64,000 nucleotides of DNA from Guillardia theta CCMP2712 (taxonomy: Eukaryota > Protista > Cryptophyta), in contig NW_005434653.1 in the NCBI RefSeq assembly GCF_000315625.1, positions 477,745 to 541,744 on the forward strand, given 5' to 3'. How positions within the stretch are numbered: position 1 is the first letter of the stretch; each line of letters begins with the position of its first letter. The notes under the pieces were generated by a model that was given only the letters and a program-made list of their open reading frames with translations, was not told the DNA's origin and did not search any database. Position numbers and translations under genes: made by a program. Positions 1-10,679 of this stretch are shown here, in pieces.

Positions 1-1769
1 AACGTGCAGAGCTTCGTAGATCTCTTCTACCTTACTCACTCTCAAGACGCCGCCAAGGAGCAGTCGCAGCAGCAGCAGCAGCAGCAGAGCCAACAGCAGG
101 CATTGAATGAAGAAAGCACAACGAGTTTCGCCACGTATGATGTCTTGCAGTTCCTCAAGAACAAGCTGACGGAGGCGGAGGTGGCACAGCGGGAGGGAGG
201 ATACGACATCGTCTTCGAGTCGTTCATGGAGACAGCTAGGCACTTCAAGAGCAAGTCGGACCACAAGAGGGTTATCTACTTCCTCACAAAGTGCCTTGAG
301 GTCGCCAGGCTGTCACAGGATGTTGCGAGGGAGGCAGAGGCGAACGAGATGCTGGGGCTGACCAAGGAGGAGATGGGGCAGCTCAAGGAGGCGATACAGT
401 ACCACGAGGCGCACAGGGACCTTGTCTCTTCCTACGGGAGGGAGATGACCGACCAGGCAGGGCACAACCTGATCCGAGCATACCGGCGGCTGGCGGAGGA
501 GCTGCAGAAGCAGGGGGATGTCGAAGGTTCCATCATGTACTTCCAGAAGAGCCTCAAGTCTGCCATAGACATCAACGACCAGGAGGAGGAGGGGAAGTCG
601 TACCGGCTGCTGGGATCGGCGTACCTGCTGCTGCAGGATTACGAGCTGTCGGCGTCCAACTTCCACAAGTTCCTGAGCATCTGCCAGGAGACGCAGGACA
701 GAGTGTCGGAGGGGCTCGCATGCTCGCACCTGGCGACCGCGTACGAGGCGAAGGGGGACAGAGCGTCGTCGATCAAGTTCCTGGAGGAGTATTACGAGAT
801 TGCACTGTCGACCGGGGAGCTGAACTCGCAGCGAGAGGCTTGCGGAAGGTGGGAGGAGGGTGAGGGTGCAGGGAGGAGGAGAAGATGGAGGGCGAAAGAG
901 GAATGGAGAAGGAGGGGCAAGGTGGGGGGCAAGGGGAGAGAAGGGGAACGGGCAGGGGGAGGGGGGAGGGAAGGACGGGTTTCAGAAAGGAGGGGAGGGG
1001 AAGGTTGGGAGGGGAGGAGGGAGGAGAATGGGGGGGAGAGGAAGAGAGGGGAATCGATTTGACAGCACATGACAAGGTTGGGGATTATCTTCAATGCGGC
1101 CGCAGACTTCAATCGGTCGGTGGAGTATTTCACGAAAGCGTTTGAAAGTGAGAGGAGAGGAGGAGAAGCCGTAGCTGTAAATTGACGCTCCTTCTGCTCA
1201 GTCTCGCGCTCCCTTGGGGATAAAAAGGCCATCGACGTTGATAGGTATATCCCCGCTATATACCCGCTCTCCCTTGCTCTGGGTTCTTCTGCTCCTTATT
1301 CCCTTCCCTGCATCTCCTCCCCCCCCCTTACGTCTTCTTTCCTCTTTCATTCAGCCTTGTTAGTTGTCTTGAACTGCTACCTCGCGCGATAGCTAGTTCT
1401 CTTCTTCCTCTCTCCCCCGTACTGTTCTCCCCTTGCCAGCTCTCGTCCTTGTCTGCTTCCTCAGTTTCGTGCAGAGTCAACCTGGGCATAGCACGAGGAT
1501 GCGCGAAGCAGAAAGACTACATCAGGGTGAGAGGAGGAAGAGGGAAAGTTGGGTGAAGAGGAGGAGGAGGAGGAGGAGGAGGAGGAGGAGGAGGAGGAGG
1601 AGGAGGAGCTTGAAGGAGATCAGGAGGAGGAGGGGAGGACGGTTGAGGGAGAAGAGAGGGGGGAGCAGAGGAGGTGAAGGTGGTTTGACCTGTACCTCAG
1701 GTTGTCAACTCAGAGTTCACCTCCCTTATGAGCTGGAAAAGTCGCCGGATCCCCTTCGAGCGAGAGTGA
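1..1769 (+). CDS. TTC29: Tetratricopeptide repeat protein 29-like (ciliary), 5' truncated, multi-exon
   Basis: ORF 4-848 has serial TPR helices (EAEANEMLGLTKEEMGQLKEAIQYHE; EGKSYRLLGSAYLLLQDYELSASNFHKFL). GT-AG exons at ~1077-1148, ~1202-1243, ~1475-1526 and ~1701-1769 give RLGIIFNAAADFNRSVEYFTKAFE...RVNLGIARG...LMSWKSRRIPFERE*, which resembles the TTC29 C-terminus as I recall it. Confidence 0.75.
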
Positions 1770-2032
1770 GCGAGGAAGGAGGGGAGGAGATGAGAGCGGG
1801 AGAGAAGAGAGAGTGGACAAGGGAGAAGAGGAAAGGGAGAGAGGAGGGAGAGGAGGTGAGAAAAGAGAGGAGGAGAACTTTGGGGATGTGGGTTTTCTTT
1901 TCTGTGGGCTAACTTAATCCTTTCAATCTACACGAGAAAGTATCTACCTCCACCCTCCTTTCCATGCCACTACCCCTCCTCCCGCTCCTCATGCGCGAAG
2001 GTTCTGGAAGCAGCCGGTGGCGTTGACGGCTG

Positions 2033-2302
2033 TTATCCTCCTCGTGTCCTCCCCACTCGCCTCCTCCTGCAGTAGCGCAAGGTCGCCGATCTGTCCCGGC
2101 ATGCTCCATCTCCCTCTCCCTCGCTGCTTCTTCCCGGACTTGGACAGGCTGGGGATGTTGGACTCGATCGCATGCTCGCGGAGCTGAGCGAGAGCCGAGC
2201 GCCGAGAGTCGTCTCCATCCTTCTTGTCCTTGTCCCTCCTCTCTGAGAACTTGGGGATCTTCGACTGAGAGGGAGAGATCCCCGACTGAAAGCTGGTTAG
2301 AA

Positions 2303-2364
<62 letters not shown>

Positions 2365-3504
2365 AGAGCTGAAAGGATGGGAAAGAGGGGGGGGGGAGGA
2401 GAGGAGGAAGGGGCGGGGGGAAGGAGGAGGAAGAGAGAAGGAGAGACGAGAAGAGAAAGAGGGGAAGGGAAGCAACCTGTCTCATCATGCTGATAGTCGG
2501 ACTATCCGCACCGTCCTTGGAGTTCAGCAGAGCTTGCAAACTCAAGGGAGAAGTCGAAGAAGGAGAAGGCGAGGAGGAGGAGGAGGAAGAGGAGGAAGAG
2601 GAGGAGATCTCTTTCTTGAGCCTGATCTTCTCATCCTGATCAAAGTTAGCACGAGGCAATTTCTTACCTCCCNNNNNNNNNNNNNNNNNNNNNNNNNNNN
2701 NNNNNNNNNNNNNNNNNNNNNNNNNNNNNNNNNNNNNNNNNNNNNNNNNNNNNNNNNNNNNNNNNNNNNNNNNNNNNNNNNNNNNNNNNNNNNNNNNNNN
2801 NNNNNNNNNNNNNNNNNNNNNNNNNNNNNNNNNNNNNNNNNNNNNNNNNNNNNNNNNNNNNNNNNNNNNNNNNNNNNNNNNNNNNNNNNNNNNNNNNNNN
2901 NNNNNNNNNNNNNNNNNNNNNNNNNNNNNNNNNNNNNNNNNNNNNNNNNNNNCCCTTCCCCTTGCTCTTGCACCCTCCGTTATCGTCCTTGTCTTACTGA
3001 CTCCTCCCTTTCCAACTCCCAAGGCCCTTCGCCCCTCCCCTTCCTCCTGCATCCTCCCCTTCCCTCTACCTGGATGGCAGCGCTAGCCGCCTCCTGCTCC
3101 AGCTGCATCTGCAGCAGGTGGGAGGAGAGCGCGCCGGCGTCTTGCTGCATCTCCCGCAGCTCCTGGAGGAGAACGAGGGCCTGAGTCTCGTGCCGTTTCG
3201 TCGTCATTTGCTCCTGCTGGGATGTGAGAGGAGGAGGAGCAGGAGGAGGAGGAGGAGGAGCGAGAGGAGGAGGAGGAGGAGGAGGAGGAGGAGGAGGAGG
3301 AGGAGGAGGAGCGAGAGGAGGAGGAGGAGGAGGAGGAGGAGGAGGAGGGTTTCGAGAGCTGGAGGCCAGGGGAGGGAATGTAAGAATGAGACCTTGAGGT
3401 GCATGTCCCGTTCCGTACTGATCATCAACCTGAAATCATCACCATCACCATCACCATCACCATCTCATTCATTTTCTCCTTCTCCTTCTCCTTCTCCTTC
3501 AACT

Positions 3505-3552
<48 letters not shown>

Positions 3553-4179
3553 ACTCACTCTGACTCCTCCTCGCAAGCAGCAATCTCGTCCATCATCCAC
3601 CTGATCACCAGGAAACATCATCATCCGCACAATCTTCATATTCCTCCCCTACTCCCCCTCCCCCCGCCTCCTCCCGGCGCTCACCTTACGCTCCTCCTCA
3701 TCTCGAGGACCTCCAGCTCAGCACTGATGCGACTCTTCTCCTTCTCCTCCATCCCCGAGCTGAAATTTTCTCCATCACTTCATCTCTTCTCGCCCTCATC
3801 CTCTCTCACATCATAGTTGACATCTGCTGCACCTCTCTTCTCCTCTCCTCCACTTCCGCCTTCAAGTCCTGCCAAGCATGTCACCTCTCCCCTGAACTCG
3901 CCCCCCCCCACTCCCCCTTTCCCAGCCATCCTGCCGCTCTTACCGCAAGGAGCTTCTCGTCCTCTGACTGCCTCCTTCTCAGGATCTTCACCTCCTCACC
4001 CTCCTCCTCCTCCGTCCTCCTAATCCCTTCGCGCAGCTCCGCCATCTCCTCCTGCATCTCTTGCAGCACGAGCATCAGCTTGCCAATCCCCGCGTCTGCT
4101 CCCCGTCTGCTGCTCTCCTGCTATCAAAAAATCAGCAACCTCCCTCCTCGTCCTCCTCGTCCTCCTCCTCGTCCTCCTC

Positions 4180-4257
<78 letters not shown>

Positions 4258-7200
4258 CTCCCCCTCCCCCTCCTCCTCCTGCCCTTACCTGCTCTCGCAA
4301 CAGGCTGAGCTCGCTCATCATCTTCTCTCGTTCCTTCTCCATCGTCATCAACTTTTCTTGATCCTCCTGCCCCATGCGACATCAGACAACCAGCCCCCTC
4401 CCCTCCCCCTCCTCTTCCCCTCCTCTCCCCTCTCCTTGTCTCGTCTCGTCTCTCCTGCCCCTGCTCCTTCCCTCCCCTTCTCGCTTCCCTCCTTTCCCCA
4501 CTTCCTCCTGCTGTCAATATCCACCTGTCGATATTTCTCCTGCTCCTCGTATTTCTCGTTGGCGGCGGCAAGACGGACTTCGAAGGAGTAGACCACTTCA
4601 TCAGCATGCTTGCTGAACTCTGCGTGCTCCTCCTCCTTCTCCTGCAGCTCCCTGCTCTTCTGTTGGAAAGATTTCAGAAGAAGTGGAGGCCTGGATGGAG
4701 GTAGGAGGGAGGGAGGTAGGAGAGGGAAGTTCGAGGGGAGGGAGGAGGGTTGTAAGCATTTTGCCTTCATCAGATCTTCGGACATTTTCGCAGCTGAAAA
4801 AGACGAGGAGCATCAGAAAGGCTTTCTCCTCCTCCTCCTCCTCCCCCTCCCCCTCCCCCCTCCTCCCCACCCACCTGTCTCCTTCATGCCCTCCACCTCT
4901 CTGGTCAACCGTTCCTTCTCCTCCAGCAACAGTCTGATCCACCAAGTCACATCCTCGTCTCTTCCGCTCCTCCCTCCTCGTTCACCTCCTCCTCGCCACC
5001 TCCTCGTTGAGCTGCAGACGGAGATCTTTGTTTTCCTCCAGAGCCTCCTACGTCATTTTCATTGTCACTGTCATCTCAATCAACACTCCCATCGTCATCA
5101 TCATTGCAACATTATCGTCATCTTCGTCATCGTCATCTCCATCATCATCATCCTCTCCGTCTCCTTCTCTTTCACCATCACAATCACCTTCATGACGTCG
5201 TCCGCATTTCCGGAAGAGAACTCGTGCTCACTTATAACCACCTGCAGAAATTCTTCAGAATTCCCAAAGTAGTCTGAATACCACTCATTATCGTCATGAT
5301 TATCTTCATGTTCGTCATCATAATTGTCTTCATGATCATCATCATCATCCCCTCCATCATCATCCCCTCCATCATCATCATCGTCATCATCTCTATCATC
5401 AGCATCTCCATCATTATCATCATCGTCGTCGTCATCATCTCTATCATCAGCATCTCCATCATTATCATCATCATCGTCATCATCTCTATCATCAGCATCT
5501 CCATCATCATCATCATCGTCATCATCTCTATCATCAGCATCTCCATCATTATCATCATCGTCGTCGTCATCATCATCTCGACCGCCCTCGTTATCGTCAT
5601 GATATTGATGCCTCCATTACCTGTAAGTGTTCGATTGTTTCTCGCTGATCCTCAACTTGATTCATCAGCTGCTGCATCTTCTCCTGCAACAATGTTGCTC
5701 ACTTCTCTCTTCCTCGTCCTCGTCTTACCGCCCCCCCTCCCCCAATGTCTCCCTCCATTTGCTCCTCCTCCTACCTCGGCCGCAGCTTTCCCACTGAGAG
5801 TTGTCTTGAGCATCGCACTGAGCTGATCTGAGTCCTCTTGAGCCTGAGGTTTCCAAGTAAGAGAGGTGGGGAGAGGAGCGGGAGTAGGAGCGGGAGCGGG
5901 AGGAGCAGGAGCAGGAGCAGGAGGAGCGGGAGTGGGAGCGAGAGGAGGAGGAGGAGCGGGAGCGGGAGCGGGAGCGGGAGCGGGAGCAGGAGGAGGAGGT
6001 GCGGGAGGAGGAGCGGGAGGAGGAGGAGGAGCGGGAGGAGGAGCGGGAGGAGGAGGAGGAGCGGGAGGAGGGATGCTAGACCTGTTTGAGCTGCAACTGG
6101 ATCTCCGAGACCCCGGATTCCTCCAGCTGCTCCTCGATCTCCTCCAGCTGCAGGGATTTTTCAGCTCAGGCCTCTGCTCGCAGACATTCCCACCTGGGAG
6201 GAGAGCTCGGCGATCCTGATGGTCTTCCTGACCAGCTCAGGGTTGACAACCAGCTGGTGGAGGTAAAAAGTTAGAAGAAGAGAGGAGGGGAGGGAAGAGG
6301 AGAGGAGGGGAGAGGAGAGGAGAGGAGAAGGGTGGAGAACAGAGATGAGGAGGGGAGAGGGGTGGAGAGGAGAGGAGGGGAGAGGAGGGGAGGGGAGGGG
6401 AGAAGTCAGCATGCTCGTCTACCTGCTTTCTCAGCTCCTCGATCTCCAGTCGCAGGGTCGCCTCCAGCTCAGGCCACTGGATCTCCTGCTCTGCTATCAG
6501 ACCTCCTCCCTCTCCTCCCTCCCCTCCCTCCCTCTGCCCATNNNNNNNNNNNNNNNNNNNNNNNNNNNNNNNNNNNNNNNNNNNNNNNNNNNNNNNNNNN
6601 NNNNNNNNNNNNNNNNNNNNNNNNNNNNNNNNNNNNNNNNNTCCCTCCTGCCCACTCCTCCCTCCCCGATACCCTCTCTTCCCTCCCCTCCCTCCATCTT
6701 CCTCATCCCTCGCTGCCCCTCCCCTCCTCCCCTTCTCCCTCCAGCTCGGACCTTGCTCGAGTGCAGGTGCTTAATGTACTCCTCCTTCAGCCGGTTCGCC
6801 ATCTTCGCCCCCATGAGACTCTCGTCCTGGCTCGTCGATAGCTGGCGGAGAGCTGAGATCTTGTCCTCTAGCGCGCTCACCTCCCGGGAATGAGCTGCCG
6901 TGACTTCGTCAGGCCCCACGTCTCGTCCTCGTCCTCGTCCTCGTCCTCCCTCCTCGTCCTCCCTCCTCGTCCTCGTCCTCCCTCAGCAATTCCTCTCCCT
7001 CCAACGCATTCTCCTTCTTCCTCCTCCTGCTCTCCTTTACCTGCCCGCATCTCCGCCTCCTTCTCCAAGAATCTGTGGATCACAAGGTCTCGAGCTGCAG
7101 AGCTCTGCGGCACAAACTGCAGCGACGGCTGGGGCTGCACAGCAGCCAGCGGAGAGTCCGAGCTGGTATCCAGTTGAGACTGTTGCTCGTAGCTCTGGAG

Positions 7201-8689
7201 CGCCTGCTTCAGGCGCGCGATCTCCCTCTTGAGTGCCTGCGGCGACAGTGTCAGCAGCTGGGGGGCAGCTGGGGGACTCCAGGGCTCTCACATGAAGGTC
7301 TCCGGAGCTCTCCTGGTTGACAACCGCCACGTTCTTGACCAGCTTCGCGAACCTGACGAACTTGAGCGTCGACAGTGTCTCCTCGTAGCAGGCCTCAGCT
7401 GGACTGCAGCAGGCGATGATGCAGGTCTTGCTGTTCCCCCCGATGCTGTCCTTGAGCATGAAGGTCAGCTTCGAGTCCCTGTAGGGCACGTGCCCGTTGC
7501 CGTTGGCTAAGGCCATGATGACGTTGCCGAGCGCTGAGAGGGAGCGATTGATGTTGTTCGCCTCCTTCAGACGGTCTCCCGTCGCCTGCGTGTACTTCTG
7601 CCGCTCCGAGCCTGCTCCCTCCATTACCGTGCAGCCAGGTGGGGGAAGAGAGGGAGGGGGAGAAGAAGAAAGGGAGGAGGAACAAGTTTGGGGGCGAGAG
7701 GGAGGAGGGGCGAGAGGGAAGGAGCAGTGGATGCAGACGAGGCTCGGATCTCGAGTTTTGGGGAGAGGAAGGGGGGAGGAGGGGGGGATTTTTGAGCATC
7801 TTCACTCACCCGCCAAGTCGATGAGGTTGAAACGGCTGTACTTCCTCGTGTGCACGCCGTCATGATGAGTGGTGATCTAACAAGCCGGTCAGGGTGAGGG
7901 CGAGACGGAGGAGGAGAGGATGTGCCTGCACGTAGACCGTGAAGAGCGAGTGCGACCGAGAGCTCTCCTTGTTCATGCACGTCGCCGCGACTTTGCGGTT
8001 CTGCGAGCCCAGCAGCAGGGCGTTGGTCGTCTCGGCAGCTGACTTGACGGGGATAGTGCTGGCTCCTTCGATCAGCACTCCTCGCTTCGGGTCGTCTCGG
8101 ATGGTGATGCTGCTGGCGCTGTCGCTCAAGAGGTCGGTGACGGCCTCGTTGTAGATCTCCAGGTAGGAGCACTTGCAGGAGATGTCGACCCCTTCGGCCT
8201 TGAGCTCCTCGATGCGCGAGAAGAGGAAGGAGAAGACCCGCGGGATCAGCCCTTGGGTGCTGTCGTCGGATACGCTCCCGTCGTCAACTCCCTGCATCGT
8301 GAAGGTCTTCCCTGCTCCCGTCTGTCCGTAGGCGAAGATTGTTCCATTGAAGCCTTCTAGGACGCTCGCGCACATCGGCTGGCCTACAGCCTCAAAGATG
8401 TCTTGCTGGGTTCCATCAGGGCCTGTACAGACAGCGTCATCCGTACTGAGCAGCATGGAAGTCGAAGGAGGTAGAAGGAAAGATGAAAGAGGGAAGTCGA
8501 TGGAAGCAGGGGAGATGCACCTGCCACTTGATCGTAGACGAACTCTTGTCTCTTATTGTCTGATCTCGAGGATAGCAGGACGGACTTCCTCTGGGGGTTG
8601 ACATCCACACAGAACCGATTGATCTGCCTCTCCTTCTCGTTCGATGGTCGAATCCTTACGAAGACCTTGATTCCCTCCTCCGAGCTCAT
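2033..8689 (-). CDS. KIF15: Kinesin motor, kinesin-12/KIF15-like, N-terminal motor plus long coiled-coil stalk, many introns; 3' end approximate
   Basis: Starts MSSEEGIKVFVRIRP. P-loop FAYGQTGAGKT, switch I MNKESSRSH, switch II LIDLAG|SERQ split by an intron, then EANNINRSLSALG and HVPYRDSKLTFMLKDSIGGNSKT. Coiled-coil exons are scattered down to ~2.0 kb across two gaps. Kinesin is certain; the subfamily is inferred. Confidence 0.8.
2673..2951. other. Assembly gap (N run)
   Basis: Run of N. Confidence 1.
3227..3347. repeat. (GAG)n microsatellite in kinesin intron; similar tracts at 1558-1608, (GAGCAG)n 2303-2362, (CAG)n 3506-3548, (CCTCGT)n 4184-4254
   Basis: Directly visible simple repeats. 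Confidence 0.95.
5290..5580. repeat. Degenerate (ATC)n satellite with higher-order unit ...ATCATCTCTATCATCAGCATCTCC, intronic
   Basis: Unit repeated about 4 times; produces spurious poly-Ile and poly-Met ORFs. Confidence 0.9.
5875..6070. repeat. (GGAGCG)/(GGA) compound microsatellite, intronic
   Basis: Directly visible. Confidence 0.9.
6542..6641. other. Assembly gap (100 N)
   Basis: Run of N. Confidence 1.
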
Positions 8690-9149
8690 GGCGCTGTCCG
8701 CTCCTGGAAGCTGAAAACACAAGATCAGTGACAACAGTTTGCGACGGACTTCACGTTCTGTGTGTCTGCATCGAACCTCAACATGCAGTGACCAATCCCC
8801 CTGATCAGATGTCTTTATAGCTGCAGACGTATGCATCTTCAAGTGAATCTCTCCTTCCCATTCTTTTGCCTTTTCTCTCCGCCTCCAGTTCCAAACCCTA
8901 AACCCTATCCTGCCTCCACCTCATCAGGTGGAGACGTTTCCCTCCTCTAACTACGAGTTTCTTGTCGCCCTCTTCTCATCGCCTCATGTTCCATGCTGCT
9001 TTGTCTTCTTCTTCTCACAACATTCCCTGGCTCCTCGCTCTCCGCATCTCTCCTTCCCTCCATGTGCTTAGTCTCCTCCATTCCTCTCGCTTTTCTGACG
9101 ACCCGCTTTCAAATTGCAAACGTAACACGCCTGGGACCTCATCCCCACT

Positions 9150-9500
9150 CTGATCCCGCCGGGCAGCGGACGGGCACGGGGCAGCCTGGCGGACGGGAGT
9201 CCCGGCCAGTGGCCGCGGACTCCTGCTGGCGGACAGGCTCCCGGCTCCGGGCGCCGGGCGCCCGGCGCCGGACCGGGGCCTTCTGGCCACGGCCGGCCAC
9301 GGCCGTTGACGGCTACATGGGGCCCCCGGTGCCGCGGGCGGCGGCCCCGGTGGCATCGCGCCGGGCCGGGCCCGGTGGCACTCAGCGGCTGAGCCTGTCC
9401 GAGCCGCTTGGATGGGCCTCACTGAGTCAGCGCCCCGGCGGCCGGTCGGAGCCGGGACTCCGGGCGCCGACGGTCCGATCAGTGACCCGGCCGACGTTAC
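9150..9500. promoter_or_regulatory. GC-rich island in the divergent kinesin/FKBP promoter
   Basis: Very high GC, dense CCGG/GGCC words, CTGAGTCAG palindrome-like word at 9422; lies between head-to-head gene starts. Confidence 0.5.
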
Positions 9501-9565
9501 ATTTCTACTTTCATACGTAAACCTGTAACGGACGACGGATCTAAGGACTACCTGCGGCGGCCAAC

Positions 9566-10648
9566 ATGCGGCTTTCTGTATTCGTCATGGCAGTATCCCT
9601 GCCAGCCTTCGCCTCTGCCTTCACCTCCCCATCACTTCTTCCTCGTGCATCAGCACCGCAAGTTTCTGCCCAGGCGTCTTGCAGGGCTCTGCGTCTTCGG
9701 TCTGCTCCTGTGATGATCTCGGAAGGTGAACAGAAGAGCAGAAGAGAGGTGAGAAGATGGTGGTGATGAAGGACACGGAGGATGGTCTCAGCATACTTGC
9801 CCTTTGAGTTCCTTCAATCTGACTTGGAATTTTGAAGATCCTGGGCGCTATGGCTGCTGGAAGCTTGTTGGTATGCTCTTTCGTGAATATCCGAGCTGTG
9901 CTGACCTGAGTTACAGACCTTCCTTCCCCAAGCCGCGTCGGCCGTCGACTTCAAGCCGTTGGAGAATGGAGAAGGCGTCGAGTATGCTGTTTTGCAATCA
10001 GGTACGAAATCGTGTCTTCTTGCAAGCAAGTAATGGGTTACAGGAAGCGGAGATAAGGCTAAGATTGGAGAACTGGTCGCTATTCGCTTCAAGGTTTTCC
10101 AAGTGAAATCCTCGAAAGAAGTAATTTAACACTTCAAAACAGGCTTCTTTCAATGGAAACACATTCGATGACTGCTTCAAGACTCAGAATGCTTACTACT
10201 ATCGCGTTGGCTCAGAGAACATCGTGAAGGTAAGACGAATCTTGTCCCCACTGACTTCGACTGACCCTCCGGAAGGGTCTGGATCTTGCAGTACAGAACA
10301 TGAGGGTCGGCGACAGGTGGGCCTTGAAGGTCCGGGCATTTCTTGGAAGTTCGTACCTCTAAGACATGCTTGCTCAGGTTCCTCCTTCCCTTGCGTTCGG
10401 CGACAAGGGGTTGAAGCCTTCTCCCGGCAAGCCAAGGATCCCTGGTGCGGATACTATCTTATCAAAGAATTCTGGCATGTGAAACGATGGTTCTTCACTC
10501 AGGTGGTGCTACCATCGAGTACGAAGTCCTGTTCGAAACTTTCCCAGGACGTGAGGCAGATATTCTTGAAGTCACCGGAGGTGATAGTAGGTTGCGTTTT
10601 TCGCGATCGGTGATACGATTGAACAGGCGAGGGTGTGTAGAACTATGA
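9566..10648 (+). CDS. FKBP-type peptidyl-prolyl isomerase, plastid thylakoid lumen, with signal peptide + ASAF transit peptide + twin-Arg lumenal signal; 3' end approximate
   Basis: Leader MRLSVFVMAVSLPAFASAF...KSRRE|ILGAMAAGSLL|..PQAASA. Spliced core KIGELVAIRFK|ASFNGNTFDDCF..YYYRVGSENIVK|GLDLAVQNMRVGDRWALKVP|PSLAFGDKG..PRIPG|ATIEYEV follows the FKBP consensus. Confidence 0.85.
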
Positions 10649-10679
10649 TTTTTCGCAGATAGCTCATGCGATTGAGCGA

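Noticed and set aside
5232-5826. Poly-Met and poly-Ile ORFs
   Set aside because: Translations of an intronic (ATC)n satellite inside the kinesin gene.
8993-9520. Arg/Pro/Gly-rich ORFs in GC islands (also 28448-28846, 47875-48280, 48879-49506)
   Set aside because: Stop-poor GC-rich DNA is open in several frames at once, with no domain signal.
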